A DNA stretch of 64,000 nucleotides from Thermoanaerobaculia bacterium (GTDB lineage Bacteria; Acidobacteriota; Thermoanaerobaculia; Multivoradales; Multivoraceae), in assembly GCA_963666565.1 (NCBI GenBank), contig OY762911.1, positions 2,656,001 to 2,720,000 of the forward strand. The letters are read 5' to 3'. Both the position numbers and the translations under genes were made by a program. The notes under the pieces were generated by a model. That model was not told where the DNA came from. It searched no databases and saw only the letters and a program-made list of their open reading frames with translations. Shown here piece by piece: positions 19,092 through 30,836 of this stretch (the stretch's first letter is position 1; each line of letters begins with the position of its first letter).

Positions 19092-20593
19092 ACTCGTCCG
19101 TCCCCGAGGTGACCTTCGGACCGGGCGCGCTGGCGGTGCTCGGCGGCTACCTCGTCGTCATGCTCGGCCTCGGCCTGCTCGGGCGCCTGAAGCAGCAGGA
19201 GCGTTCGCTGCGGGACTTCTACCTCGGCGGCTCGACCTTCGGTTTCGCGGTCCTCTTCCTGACCCTGTTCGCGACCCAGTACAGCGGCAACACGCTGCTC
19301 GGCTTCGCCGGGCGGTCCTACGTCCAGGGGGCGACCTACATCGTCAGCGTGACCTTCATGGTCCTGGTCATCACGGTGTTCATGATCTACGCGCCGCGCC
19401 TGTTCCGCCTGGCCCGGCGCTTCGGCTACATCACGCCGACGGACTTCGTGTACCACCGTTTCGGCTCGCATCCGCTGCGGGTCCTGTGCGTCGTCCTCCT
19501 CTGCTGGGGCCTGGCGAACTACGTGCTGGAGCAACTCGTGGCGATGGGGCACGGCGTCGAGGCGATCAGCGGCGGTCGCATGAGCTTCATGCAGGGCGTG
19601 CTCCTGCTGGTCGGCGTCATGCTGATCTACGAGTCGCTCGGCGGCATGAGGGCCGTGGCCTGGACCGACGCCGTGCAGGGAACCCTCTTGCTGTGCGGCT
19701 GCGCGGTGATTCTCTACACGCTGATCACGGCGGACGGCGGGCTGGCGGCGGCGGCGGAGGGGATTCGCGCGACGGCGCCGGAGAGACTCGAAGCGCCGGA
19801 CGCCCGCGGTCTGCGGACGTGGGTCAGCACCCTCCTCATGCTCGGCCTCGGCGTCGCGCTGTATCCCCACGCGATCCAGCGCATCTTCGCGGCGAAAGGC
19901 GAGAAGAGTCTGCGGCGGTCGCTGGCGGCGATGGGTTTCATGCCGCTGGGCACGACTCTGCTCGCCTTCCTCATCGGTTTCATCGCGCTGAGCCGGTTCC
20001 CGGGTCTCTCGCAGCTCGAGAGCGACAAGGTCACGATCTACGTCCTGGGCGGTCTGATCGACCGCTCGCCGGTGATGTACTGGCTCATCGTGATGGTGTT
20101 CGCGGCGGTGGTGGCGGCGATCATGTCGACCGCGGACTCGGCCCTCCTGTCGATCGGGTCCATGTTCACGAAGGACATCTACAAGAGCTACTTCCGCCGC
20201 GAGGCGTCAGCCCGCGAGATGCTGATCGTCGGCAAGACGTTCGCCTGGGGCATCATGGCGATCCTGATCCTGATGGCCTGGGTTTCGCTGGAGACGGAGA
20301 GCTCGATCTGGGTGCTGATCGAGCTGAAGCTCGAGTTCATGGTCCAGCTCTCGCCGGTCTTCATGCTCGGGGTCTACTGGCGGCGGATGCCCGCTTCGGC
20401 GGTTCTTTCCGGCATGGTGCTGGGCACCCTTCTGACCCTGGTCATCTGGTGCGGCGCCGCCTTCGACGTCTGGGCGACCCGCAGCCCGTGGGGCGTGGGC
20501 GCCGGCGTCTGGGGCCTGCTCGTGAACTACGGCGTCTGCGTGGGCTGGACGGTGCTTCGCCCGGCAAAGGTCCCGGCGAACGCGCCGGCGTGA
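19088..20593 (+). CDS. Sodium:solute symporter (PanF/PutP family)
   Basis: DFYLGG, ATQYSGNT, GGMRAVAWTD, AAIMSTADS. Confidence 0.92.
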   Translation: MNSSVPEVTFGPGALAVLGGYLVVMLGLGLLGRLKQQERSLRDFYLGGSTFGFAVLFLTLFATQYSGNTLLGFAGRSYVQGATYIVSVTFMVLVITVFMIYAPRLFRLARRFGYITPTDFVYHRFGSHPLRVLCVVLLCWGLANYVLEQLVAMGHGVEAISGGRMSFMQGVLLLVGVMLIYESLGGMRAVAWTDAVQGTLLLCGCAVILYTLITADGGLAAAAEGIRATAPERLEAPDARGLRTWVSTLLMLGLGVALYPHAIQRIFAAKGEKSLRRSLAAMGFMPLGTTLLAFLIGFIALSRFPGLSQLESDKVTIYVLGGLIDRSPVMYWLIVMVFAAVVAAIMSTADSALLSIGSMFTKDIYKSYFRREASAREMLIVGKTFAWGIMAILILMAWVSLETESSIWVLIELKLEFMVQLSPVFMLGVYWRRMPASAVLSGMVLGTLLTLVIWCGAAFDVWATRSPWGVGAGVWGLLVNYGVCVGWTVLRPAKVPANAPA

Positions 20594-20606
20594 GGAGATC
20601 TCCGGC

Positions 20607-21623
20607 ATGAGCGGGGCGGTTCGCAGGCGCCGGGTGTTCTCCGGCATTCAGCCTTCCGGCGTGCTCCACCTGGGGAACTACCTCGGCGCGGTGAAGCACT
20701 GGGCGGCGCGCCAGGACGACCGCGAGAACTTCATCTGCGTCGTCGACCTGCACGCGATCACGGTGCGGCAGGATCCGGAGACGCTGCGCGCCGGCGCCCG
20801 CGAGCTGACGGCGATGCTCTTCGCCTGCGGCATCGACCCGGAGCGGACGACCCTCTTCGTCCAGAGCCACGTCCGCGCTCACGCGGAGGCGGCCTGGATC
20901 CTCGGATGCACGACCCCGATCGGCTGGCTCGAGCGGATGACGCAGTACAAGGCGAAGTCGGAACGCCAGGGCGGCCGCGAGCGAATCGGCGTCGGCCTGT
21001 TCACGTACCCGGTCCTGCAGGCGGCCGACATCCTGCTCTACGACGCCGACGAAGTGCCGGTGGGGGAGGACCAGAAGCAGCACGTGGAGCTGGCGCGCGA
21101 CATCGCGGGCCGCTTCAACCATCTCTACGGCGAGACCTTCGTCCTGCCCGAGGCGGTCATCCCCACCGCCGGCGCGCGGGTGATGGCCCTCGACGATCCG
21201 GCGGTCAAGATGTCGAAGAGCGAGACCGCGGGACGCGGCCATGCCGTCCGTCTCACCGACGGGGACGACGAGATCAGGCGTTCGCTCAAGCGCGCCGTCA
21301 CCGACTCGGGGCGCGAGATCGAGTTCAGCGACGATCCGGCGCGGGCTGGCGTCAACAACCTGCTGCGGATCTACCAGGCGGTGACGGACCGCGGCGCGGA
21401 ACAGGTCCTGGCCGACTTCGCCGGGGCCCGTGGCTACGGCGACCTGAAGACGGGCGTGGCCGACGCGGTGATCGAGGTGGTGGCGCCGATCCGGCGGCGC
21501 TACGACGAACTGATGGCGGCGCCGGAGGAACTGGACCGGTTGCTCGCCGTCGGCGCCGACCGCGCGCGGGCAGTCGCCGAGCCGAAGGCGGCGGAGATCC
21601 GCCGGCTCGTCGGCTTCGCCTGA
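20607..21623 (+). CDS. trpS: Tryptophanyl-tRNA synthetase
   Basis: SGIQPSG.LHLGNY, YPVLQAADIL, VPVGEDQKQH, KMSKS. Confidence 0.97.
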   Translation: MSGAVRRRRVFSGIQPSGVLHLGNYLGAVKHWAARQDDRENFICVVDLHAITVRQDPETLRAGARELTAMLFACGIDPERTTLFVQSHVRAHAEAAWILGCTTPIGWLERMTQYKAKSERQGGRERIGVGLFTYPVLQAADILLYDADEVPVGEDQKQHVELARDIAGRFNHLYGETFVLPEAVIPTAGARVMALDDPAVKMSKSETAGRGHAVRLTDGDDEIRRSLKRAVTDSGREIEFSDDPARAGVNNLLRIYQAVTDRGAEQVLADFAGARGYGDLKTGVADAVIEVVAPIRRRYDELMAAPEELDRLLAVGADRARAVAEPKAAEIRRLVGFA

Positions 21624-21625
21624 CC

Positions 21626-22954
21626 TCAGGAGTGAGCCCGGATCAGCTTCTCGATCCGGTCCATGCCGCGTTCCAGCGTCTCCATCGGCGGGCCGAAGCT
21701 GAGCCGGCAGTAGCTGTGGTAGCGCGCGTTGCGCCGCCGCTGGCCCGGATTGACGTCGAAGAAGACGCCCGGCACCGTGATCACCTGGACCTGGAGCAGC
21801 GCCTTGAAGAACTCGATGCCGTCGTTGAGCGGCGCCGGCAGGCCGGCCAGGTTGCCCCAGACGTAGAAGGCGCCGCTGGGCTCGTGCTCCACCTCGACGC
21901 CCAGGCCGCGCAGCCGGTCGACGAGGAACCGGCGTTTGCGCGCGAACTCGGCCTGGATCGCGCGCGTCTCCCGCAGCACGAGTTCCGGCTTCAGCAGCGG
22001 CACGGCGGCTTCCTGGAAGGGGTGGTTGCCGCCGCCGTCCAGGAAGGAGCCCGCGCTGGTCACCCGGTCGATCACGCTCACCGGTCCGACGATCCACGAC
22101 ACCCGCCAGCCGGGGTAGCGCCAGTTCTTCGTCAGGCCGTCGACCAGGATGACCGGATCCCGGTTCACGTCCTCGACGTGCGCGGCCGCCGAGACCATCC
22201 TCTCGGTGTCGCCGATCTGCGGGCAGGCGGTCCGCTCGGAGGTCTGGGGGGACGCCGGCGTGTAGATGTAGTGCGAGTAGAACTCGTCGAGGATGAAGGT
22301 GCAGGCGTTGTCGCGGGCGACGCCGACCCACTCGGCCAGGAGATCGCCCTCGACGAGTTGGCCCGTCGGATTGCAGGGATTGCTGCACCAGAGCGCCGAA
22401 AGACCGCGGCCGACGATCTCCTTCTCGAGCAGTCGCCGCGAGGCGCGGTAGCCGTGGGCCGCGTCGAGCAGGATGGGGATCGGAATGAAGCCCTTGAAGG
22501 CGGTCAGGAGTTCTTCGTAGGCGGTGTAGTCGGGGATGAAGTGGCCCAGGTTCATCTCGCCCATCGCCGCCGCGATCCGGGTCATCGCCGGCCGGCCGCC
22601 GGGAGCGATGCTCACGTTGTCCCGCGTGTACTGCGAGCGCCTGTCGCGGCGGTAGAGGAAGTTGTAGAGCTCGGCGACCCGCTCGCGCAGCTCGTCGATG
22701 CCGTCGACCGGCGCATAGGTCTGGCGGCGAGGGTCGATGTGGAGTTCGTCCCGGCGGGGCGGCGCCCCCGGCAGCGGACCGACCTCCGGGGAACCCTGGC
22801 CGAGGTTGTGCCACGTGCGGCCGTCGCTGCCGTGGCCGGCGGCCGCCGCCCGGTGCATCACGTAGATGACGCCGGTCCGCGGCACCCGGCGAAAGCCGGG
22901 CGTCTCGGGGCCGGAGTCCGCGCCGGTCGCGGTGGGTGCGGTTTCCTCTATCAT
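21626..22954 (-). CDS. PLP-dependent aminotransferase class I/II
   Basis: NLGQGSPE, SNPCNPTG, DEFYSHY, GLTKNWRYPGWR. Confidence 0.9.
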   Translation of the reverse strand: MIEETAPTATGADSGPETPGFRRVPRTGVIYVMHRAAAAGHGSDGRTWHNLGQGSPEVGPLPGAPPRRDELHIDPRRQTYAPVDGIDELRERVAELYNFLYRRDRRSQYTRDNVSIAPGGRPAMTRIAAAMGEMNLGHFIPDYTAYEELLTAFKGFIPIPILLDAAHGYRASRRLLEKEIVGRGLSALWCSNPCNPTGQLVEGDLLAEWVGVARDNACTFILDEFYSHYIYTPASPQTSERTACPQIGDTERMVSAAAHVEDVNRDPVILVDGLTKNWRYPGWRVSWIVGPVSVIDRVTSAGSFLDGGGNHPFQEAAVPLLKPELVLRETRAIQAEFARKRRFLVDRLRGLGVEVEHEPSGAFYVWGNLAGLPAPLNDGIEFFKALLQVQVITVPGVFFDVNPGQRRRNARYHSYCRLSFGPPMETLERGMDRIEKLIRAHS

Positions 22955-23019
22955 CTTCGGCCGATGGAGCCTATTCGAGTGCCGTCGGCGCTGCGACCTG
23001 TCGTTCCGGAGGCTGGATC

Positions 23020-24042
23020 GTGACGCTCGACCCGGTGTTGAGCCATCTGCTCTCCGCCCGGCCCGCGCCGCTGGCGGCCGGCGACGATCCGGCCGGCTGG
23101 TACCGGTCCTTCCACGAGGAGGCGCTGGCGCCCTGGCGGACGCGCCCGAACGGCGGCGCCGGCCCATCCGGACGCGACCACTTCGCCCACGGCCTGCTCG
23201 GCGGCTTCGTTGCCGACCGTCCGGCCTGGGCGATGGTGGCGGGGCACCAGGCGGCGGTGCGGCGACTGGCCTGGGAGCGCGGCGCGCTGGATCTTCTGCC
23301 GGACGGCGGCATCGTCGCCTTTTGCGCGAGCGAGGAGGGCGGGGCGCATCCCCGCGCCGTCCACTCCGCGCTCAGGGAGATGCCTGACGGCGGATTCCGC
23401 CTCGACGGCCGGAAGCGCTGGGCTACCCTGGCGCCGTCCGCGGCGGCCCTGCTCATCGTCGCCTCGGTCGGCCGCGACGGCGACCGCAACCGCCTGCGGG
23501 CGCTCTGCGTGCCGAGCGACCGCCGGGGGGTCGGGATCGCTCCGATGGCGGTCGCCTCTCCCGCCGGAGGGCGCGACCGGAAGCCGTCCAATCCCGAAGT
23601 ACGGCACGCCGTCGTCGATCTGACCGCCGTTCCGGTTGCGGCCGGCGAGGTGATGGATGGCGACGGTTACACGGACGCGATCAAGCCCTTCCGGACGATC
23701 GAGGACCTGTACATCGGCGCCGCGACGACGGCCTACAACCTGGCGCTCGCCCGCCGTTCGGGCTGGCCCGAGTCCGCCGTGGAGGATCTGCTGCTCCTGC
23801 TCGTCGCCGCCGGCGCGCTGGCCTTCGGTCCGCTGGACGACCCGGCCGCGCACCTCGGCGTCGCGGCCCTGGCCCGGGCGACGGCCCGGGTCCGCGCGGA
23901 CCACGCGGAACACTGGGAACTCGTCGACGAGGCCGCGGCCGCCGCCTGGAGGCGCGCCGCGGCCGGCGGCGGGGTGGCCGCGCGCGCCAAGGAACTCCGG
24001 CGGCAGGGGGCGTGGAAGCGGCTTGCCGCGTCCTCGCCCTGA
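23020..24042 (+). CDS. Acyl-CoA dehydrogenase-like protein (divergent)
   Basis: AFCASE, FRLDGRKRWAT, GDGY, KPFRTIED; GGAGG RBS before the GTG. Confidence 0.72.
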   Translation: MTLDPVLSHLLSARPAPLAAGDDPAGWYRSFHEEALAPWRTRPNGGAGPSGRDHFAHGLLGGFVADRPAWAMVAGHQAAVRRLAWERGALDLLPDGGIVAFCASEEGGAHPRAVHSALREMPDGGFRLDGRKRWATLAPSAAALLIVASVGRDGDRNRLRALCVPSDRRGVGIAPMAVASPAGGRDRKPSNPEVRHAVVDLTAVPVAAGEVMDGDGYTDAIKPFRTIEDLYIGAATTAYNLALARRSGWPESAVEDLLLLLVAAGALAFGPLDDPAAHLGVAALARATARVRADHAEHWELVDEAAAAAWRRAAAGGGVAARAKELRRQGAWKRLAASSP

Positions 24043-24050
24043 GACCGGCC

Positions 24051-24518
24051 ATGCTCGACCGCATTCGCAGCTTCTTCGGCGAACGGATCGACCCGGAACG
24101 CGGGGAAGATCCGGACGCCCGCCTGCGGCTGGCGGCGGCGGCGCTGATGGTCGAGGTGATGCGCGCCGACTTCGACGCCGCTGAGGAGGAGAAGGCGGAA
24201 GTGCTCGCCGCGGTCCGGCGCCACCTGGGTCTCGCCGAGGAGGAGACGGCCGAACTCGTGGCGCTCGCCGAATCGGAAACCGAGGGCGCCGTCTGCCTGT
24301 ACGAGTTCACCCGGCTGATCCACGAGTCCTTCGACGACGCCCGCAAGGGCCGGCTGGTCGAGGAACTGTGGCGGGTTGCCTTCGCGGACCGCGTGCTGGA
24401 GGCGCAGGAGGAGTTCCTCATCCGCAAGATCGCCAGGCTCCTGCACCTGCCGCATGAGGAGTTCATCGCCGCTAAGCGACGGGCGCGGCGCCGCGTCCAG
24501 GGAGGGGCCGGGCAGTGA
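24051..24518 (+). CDS. TerB family protein
   Basis: LAAAALMVEVMRAD, LYEFTRLI, LWRVAFAD, E..LIRKIA.LL. Confidence 0.88.
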   Translation: MLDRIRSFFGERIDPERGEDPDARLRLAAAALMVEVMRADFDAAEEEKAEVLAAVRRHLGLAEEETAELVALAESETEGAVCLYEFTRLIHESFDDARKGRLVEELWRVAFADRVLEAQEEFLIRKIARLLHLPHEEFIAAKRRARRRVQGGAGQ

Positions 24519-25285
24519 CGACGACAGCGAATCCGGGGCCGCCCGAGGCCGACCTCCATCCGATCGAGGCGAGTGCGCTCCACGCCCGCCGCGAACGGGT
24601 CTTCCTCATCCTCGCCGGGCTGTTCCTGGGCTCGATGACGATGCTGAACATCCTGGGAGTGACCCGGTTCCTGGACCTGAGCTTCACCGTCTTCGGCACC
24701 CGCATCCCGATGCCGCTGGCCATCGGCGTTCTGCCCTACCCGCTGACCTTCCTGTGCACCGACTTCATCTCCGAGATCTACGGCCGCAAGCGCGCGAACT
24801 TCCTGGTCTGGGTGGGCTTCCTCGTCAACCTCTGGCTCGCCGTCATCCTGTGGCTGGGCGGCGCGTTGCCGGGGTTCGACGCGCCGGTGCCGGGCCCGGA
24901 CGGCCGGCTGCCCATCTTCTTCGAGATCCGGACGATGACCCTGGGCGTCATCGCGGCCTCGATGATCGCCTACCTGAGCGCGCAGCTCTGCGACGTCTGG
25001 GTGTTCCACTTCTGGAAGCGGCTGACGAAGGGCCGGCACCTGTGGCTGCGCAACAACGGCTCGACCGTGGTCAGCCAGTTCGTCGACTCGTTCTCCGTCA
25101 TCACGATCACCCACTTCGCCGCGGGCGCCATTCCGGTGGAGAGCGGGGAACCGATCTGGCCGCAGTTGTGGGTGTTCATCGGCACGGCCTACGTGTTCAA
25201 GTTCCTGGCGGCCGCGGTCGATACGCTGCCCTTCTACCTGGGCACGCGCTGGTTGCGCCGGTACCTGGAGATCGAGGACGGCTGA
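24515..25285 (+). CDS. Queuosine precursor transporter (VUT/YhhQ)
   Basis: YPLTFLCTDFISEIYG, LWLRNNGST.VSQFVDS, DTLPFY. Confidence 0.92.
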   Translation: MTTTANPGPPEADLHPIEASALHARRERVFLILAGLFLGSMTMLNILGVTRFLDLSFTVFGTRIPMPLAIGVLPYPLTFLCTDFISEIYGRKRANFLVWVGFLVNLWLAVILWLGGALPGFDAPVPGPDGRLPIFFEIRTMTLGVIAASMIAYLSAQLCDVWVFHFWKRLTKGRHLWLRNNGSTVVSQFVDSFSVITITHFAAGAIPVESGEPIWPQLWVFIGTAYVFKFLAAAVDTLPFYLGTRWLRRYLEIEDG

Positions 25286-25370
25286 GGAGAGCGGCGGTCG
25301 CCGGCGGGGTGGAGTAGGATTCCGCGCTTTCAGGGGCCGGCACGATGACGGGAAAGGCGGCGGTGAACCG

Positions 25371-26723
<1,353 letters not shown>

Positions 26724-26767
26724 GGGGTTACTATTGCGGCGTCGTTCGCAAAGGAGCGCCCGCGTCC

Positions 26768-28288
26768 ATGTCCCCGGCCAGCCAGAGTTTCCGTTTCCGC
26801 GAGTCCCGCCGCGTACTGCGGGAGGCGCCGGTGCGGCTGTCGGGTTTCGGCGAGGGCGGCGAACTCGTCGCGCGGACCCGCGACATCGCGACCGGCGGCA
26901 TGTTCGTGTCCACGCCCGAGGCGCGGCCGGTCGGTACCGGGGCGTCGTTCGTGCTGGAACTGGGATCGGACGCATCGGACACGGTCCGGGGCGAGGCCAC
27001 GGTGGTCTGGGTGCGCGAGGCGTCGGGCGGCGCCGATCAGCCGGCCGGTATGGGCATGCGGTTCACGAGCGTGGAACCGCCCGGAGAGGAACGCCTGGCG
27101 ATGCTGTTCTCCGAACAGCCGGACGAGGCGGCCGCTCCGTCCGCGGCCGCGGAAGCGGCGCCGCCGGCGCCCGCCGAAGCGGCTGGCGTGGAGGACGAGG
27201 CGCCGACGACGGCGCCGGAGGACGATGCCGCGCCGCCCGAAGAACCGGAACCCGCAGAGCCGGTCGACCGCTCGCAAACGGCTGCCGTCGAGAGCGAAGA
27301 AGGAGAGGTGGAAGAGGTGACGCCGGAAGTCGAGACCGAAGCCGGCGCGGAGGCGCCGCTCCCGGACGAGGCGGCGGCCGGGGAGGAGGTCTCCGGTACC
27401 CGCGCCGAGCTGTTCGGCGACCTCGCGGGCGATGACGACGACTGGATGAAGCCGGAGTCCGACAGCCCTTCCTGGGTCTGGCCCACGGTGGTCGGCGTCA
27501 TTCTGGTCGGCGTCCTGCTGTTCTTCCTGCGCGGGCCGCTGATGCGGCTCGCCGGCATGGGCGGCGCCGAGGATCAGCCGCCCGCCGTCGCGCAGAGCTT
27601 CGACCTGCCGGCGCCGGTCGAGGACCCCGGCGCCGCGGCGCCGCCGCCCGCGCCCGCGGGGGCGCCCGCCGACAGCCGGCTGCCCGTCCCCCCGGGGGAC
27701 GCCGTTTCCTCGGAGGAGTCCGTTACCCGCGAGGCGGACGGGCCGGCGGAGAGCGCCGCCGCGTCTTCGGCGCCGGCCGGGGTCGCGGAACCGCCTCCGG
27801 TCGAGCCGTCTCCCGTCGAGCCGTCTCAGCCTGAACCGTCCCCGGCCCGGCCCGCCGTTGTAACCACCGCCCGGACGGAGGCGGCCCGATCTCCCGAGCC
27901 CGTCGCTCCGCCGCGCGCGCCGGCGCCTGCACGGCCGGCCCCGGCGGACGCCGCCGCGCCGCCCGCGAACGCGACGGCGCTGCGCTCCATCACTGCCTCG
28001 GTCCGGGATGGCCGGACGGTCGTCGAGATCGCCGGCAACGCCCCCTTCCGGCGCCACCACGTGATGCCGCTGGAGGCGCCGCCGCGGCTGCTCGTTCGGC
28101 TGATCGGCGTACAGCGCGCCTACGACGCGAGCGCGGTCGCGGCGCCCCGGCTGCGCGGCCTTCGCACCGCCGTTCATGGGCGGGGAGCGACGCGGAACCT
28201 GCACGTCGTGCTCGATCTCGCGGCGCCCGACATGGTGGCGACGGTCGAGCGGCGCGGCGACCGGGTCGTCGTCAACCTCTCGGATTGA
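26768..28288 (+). CDS. PilZ domain + acidic linker + TM + Pro-rich linker + AMIN domain protein
   Basis: R..RR (RESRR), DIATGGMFV, GMGMRF; TM WVWPTVVGVILVGVLLFFL; C-terminal PPRLLVRL...HVVLDL. Confidence 0.8.
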   Translation: MSPASQSFRFRESRRVLREAPVRLSGFGEGGELVARTRDIATGGMFVSTPEARPVGTGASFVLELGSDASDTVRGEATVVWVREASGGADQPAGMGMRFTSVEPPGEERLAMLFSEQPDEAAAPSAAAEAAPPAPAEAAGVEDEAPTTAPEDDAAPPEEPEPAEPVDRSQTAAVESEEGEVEEVTPEVETEAGAEAPLPDEAAAGEEVSGTRAELFGDLAGDDDDWMKPESDSPSWVWPTVVGVILVGVLLFFLRGPLMRLAGMGGAEDQPPAVAQSFDLPAPVEDPGAAAPPPAPAGAPADSRLPVPPGDAVSSEESVTREADGPAESAAASSAPAGVAEPPPVEPSPVEPSQPEPSPARPAVVTTARTEAARSPEPVAPPRAPAPARPAPADAAAPPANATALRSITASVRDGRTVVEIAGNAPFRRHHVMPLEAPPRLLVRLIGVQRAYDASAVAAPRLRGLRTAVHGRGATRNLHVVLDLAAPDMVATVERRGDRVVVNLSD

Positions 28289-29991
28289 CCCTGGCGGAGT
28301 CCGCCGGAAGGGAGAGCGCGCCGGCGGCGTCCGGCAGCGCCGCGCCGCGGATTGCGGCCGGCATCGTCGCCAGCCGCGTGCTCGGCCTGGCGCGGGAGGC
28401 CGCGATCGCCGGGGTCGCCGGCGTCGGCGCCCTGACCGACATCCTGGCGATCGCGTTTCGGGCGCCGAACGTCCTGCAGAATCTGCTCGGGGACCAGGCG
28501 CTCTCGGCATCCTTCATTCCGGTCTACAGCCGCCTCCTGGCGGAGGGCCGTCGCCGGGAGGCCGGCGCCCTGGCCGGGGCGGTGTTCGGGTTGCTGTTCT
28601 CGGCGATGGCCGTCCTCAGTCTGCTTGGCGTCCTGCTGGCGCCCTGGCTCGTGCGCCTGCTGGTCCCCGGGCTGGCCGGCGACGCGGATCTGGTGGCCGC
28701 CGGCGCCATGACCCTCGACCGCCAGGAACTGACCGTTGCGGCGGTCCGGATCTGCTTCCCGATGGTCGGGGCGATCACGCTGTCCGCCTGGTGTCTCGGC
28801 GTCCTGAACAGCCATCGCCGGTTTCTTCTGCCGTACCTGGCCCCGTGCTTCTGGAACGCGAGCGTGATCGCCGCGGTTCTTTTCGTCGCCGAACGAACCG
28901 GCGGCGACGGCGTAGACCGGCTCGAGACGCTGGCGTTCGCGGTTTGCTGGGGCGGTCTGGCCGGCGGCCTCCTCCAGTTCGCCGTACAGCTTCCCCTGGT
29001 GCTCCGGGTGACGGAGGGGTTGCGGCCGTCGCTCAGCCTCCGCCCGGCGGGCGTGCGGACGACGCTGACCAACCTCGGGCCGGCGGTCGCCGCCCGGGGC
29101 GTAGGTCAACTCGGCGCCTGGGTCGATCTCTTCCTGGCTTCCTTCCTGGTCGAGGGCGCGTTCGCGGCGCTGACCTGGGGGCAACGCCTGTACCTGCTCC
29201 CCATCTCCCTCTTCGCCGTCTCGGTGGCGGCGGCGGAACTGCCGGAGCTCTCGCGGCTCCGCGGCGAGGGGGAGGAACGGGCGAGAGCCGCGGCGGAGCG
29301 CGCGCGGCGGTCCCTGGCCGCCATGTCGTTCCTGGTGGCGCCGACGATGGTCGGCTACCTGCTGCTGGGGTTCGGGATCGTCGGGGCGATCTACCGGCGC
29401 GGCGAGTTCGGGCTCGCCGACAACGGGCTCGTGTTCCTGGTGCTCGCCGCGTACTCCCTGGGTCTGCTGGCGTCCAGCGCGTCGCGGCTGCTGCAGAGCG
29501 TGTTCTTCTCGCTGGGAGACACCCGTAGTCCGGCGCGCATCGCGGCGATGCGGCTCGTCCTTGCCGCCGGGGTCGGCGCCGCGATGATGGTCCTGCTCGA
29601 CCGGGTCGCGGTCGGGGAGGCGTTGCCCTGGCTGGGCGTGCCGGCGGCGGACGCCGAGGCTCTGCGCCTGGGGGCGGTGGGGCTGGCGCTGGCGTCCGCG
29701 GCCGGTAGCTGGCTCGAGCTGGGGCTGTTGCTCGGGCGGCTGAGGGGAAGAGGGGTGGCCGTGCCGGCGCCCTGGCGCGCGTGGCTGCGGCACCTGGCGC
29801 TTGCGGCGTGCTCGGTCGTGCCCTGGGCGGCCGCCCGGACCATCGTGCCGGGGCCGCCCTGGATCGCCGGCGCCGTCCCCGCGGTCGGCTTCGCCGCGAC
29901 CTACCTGGCGGCGTCGTACCTGCTCAAGGTCCCCGAGGCGCGGACGCTCTGGCGCTGGCTCTCGGAAACCCGGCGGGGCCGGGAGGCGTAG
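28285..29991 (+). CDS. murJ: Lipid II flippase MurJ
   Basis: SRVLGLARE, AFRAPN.L, SASFIPVY, QRLYLLP, GDTRSP. Confidence 0.93.
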   Translation: MTLAESAGRESAPAASGSAAPRIAAGIVASRVLGLAREAAIAGVAGVGALTDILAIAFRAPNVLQNLLGDQALSASFIPVYSRLLAEGRRREAGALAGAVFGLLFSAMAVLSLLGVLLAPWLVRLLVPGLAGDADLVAAGAMTLDRQELTVAAVRICFPMVGAITLSAWCLGVLNSHRRFLLPYLAPCFWNASVIAAVLFVAERTGGDGVDRLETLAFAVCWGGLAGGLLQFAVQLPLVLRVTEGLRPSLSLRPAGVRTTLTNLGPAVAARGVGQLGAWVDLFLASFLVEGAFAALTWGQRLYLLPISLFAVSVAAAELPELSRLRGEGEERARAAAERARRSLAAMSFLVAPTMVGYLLLGFGIVGAIYRRGEFGLADNGLVFLVLAAYSLGLLASSASRLLQSVFFSLGDTRSPARIAAMRLVLAAGVGAAMMVLLDRVAVGEALPWLGVPAADAEALRLGAVGLALASAAGSWLELGLLLGRLRGRGVAVPAPWRAWLRHLALAACSVVPWAAARTIVPGPPWIAGAVPAVGFAATYLAASYLLKVPEARTLWRWLSETRRGREA

Positions 29992-30012
29992 TCTCAGGCA
30001 GGAGGTCGAGGC

Positions 30013-30588
30013 ATGGAGATTCTGCTCAGCGTCGGATTGGGGATCGGGCTGGCGGCGGCCTGCGGATTCCGGGTCTTCCTGCCGGTGCTCGTCATGGGCG
30101 TGGCGTCGCGGGCGGGCGCGCTCGAGCTGGCCGACGGTTTCGAGTGGATGGCGAGCGTCCCGGCGCTGCTGGCGCTCGGCGTGGCCGCCGTATGCGAGAT
30201 CGGCGCCTACTACATTCCCTGGCTCGACAACATGCTCGACGCCGCGGCCATGCCGGCCGCGGTGACGGCGGGCATCGTCGTCGCGGCGGCCAACATCGAG
30301 ACCGCGACGCCGCTCCTGGGCTGGGCGCTGGCCGCGGTCGCGGGCGGGTCCGCCGCGGCGGTGGTCCAGACCGGGACGACCCTCCTGCGGGGCGCCTCGA
30401 CCGCGATGACGGCCGGGATCGGCAATCCCGTCATCTCGACCGGCGAGGCCGGTTCGGCGGTCGGCCTGTCGGTGCTCGCGATCGGCCTGCCGGTGGCGGC
30501 CCTGGCCGTGGCGCTGCTGCTGGTGGCCCTGGTCAGCGTCCGGCTGCTCCGGCGGAAGGTCAGGGGGCCGCGGCCCGCGGCCAACTGA
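30013..30588 (+). CDS. DUF4126 membrane protein
   Basis: LAAACGFRVFLP, YYIPWLDN.LD, GNPVIS. Confidence 0.85.
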   Translation: MEILLSVGLGIGLAAACGFRVFLPVLVMGVASRAGALELADGFEWMASVPALLALGVAAVCEIGAYYIPWLDNMLDAAAMPAAVTAGIVVAAANIETATPLLGWALAAVAGGSAAAVVQTGTTLLRGASTAMTAGIGNPVISTGEAGSAVGLSVLAIGLPVAALAVALLLVALVSVRLLRRKVRGPRPAAN

Positions 30589-30732
30589 ACGCCGCTGGCG
30601 GATCGGACGGCCCGGCCCGTCGTCGGAATCCGGCAGGCGCTAGACTGGTTGAGCTGACGGTGGAGCAGGGGACCATCGTGAACGGAAGGGCCATCGCGAC
30701 AACAAGGTCGCCGCTTGGCGGCGCGTTCTTCT

Positions 30733-30808
30733 CCGCGGGTCGAAAGACCCGCGGCGCCGGAGCTGGCGAGGACGCCGGCGTACCCGGTGTGGGGTGCTCG
30801 GCCGTGGT
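30733..30808 (-). repeat. REP-like repeat, copy C (most complete), with a GAAA-loop hairpin
   Basis: Minus strand ACCACGGC-N8-CCACACCGGGTACGCCGGCGTCCTCGCCAGCTCCGGCGCCGCGGGTC; hairpin CCGCGGGTC-GAAA-GACCCGCGG at 30733-30754. Confidence 0.75.
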
Positions 30809-30836
30809 CGGCGCTGCCGCTCTGGCGGCCGGTTCC

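Noticed and set aside
24051-24518. TerB as part of a ter or defence cluster
   Set aside because: It is a solitary TerB among housekeeping genes with no other ter genes.
24515-25285. 7-deazaguanine DNA-modification (dpd) system
   Set aside because: Only the YhhQ-type transporter is present; there are no dpdA, tgt or que genes.
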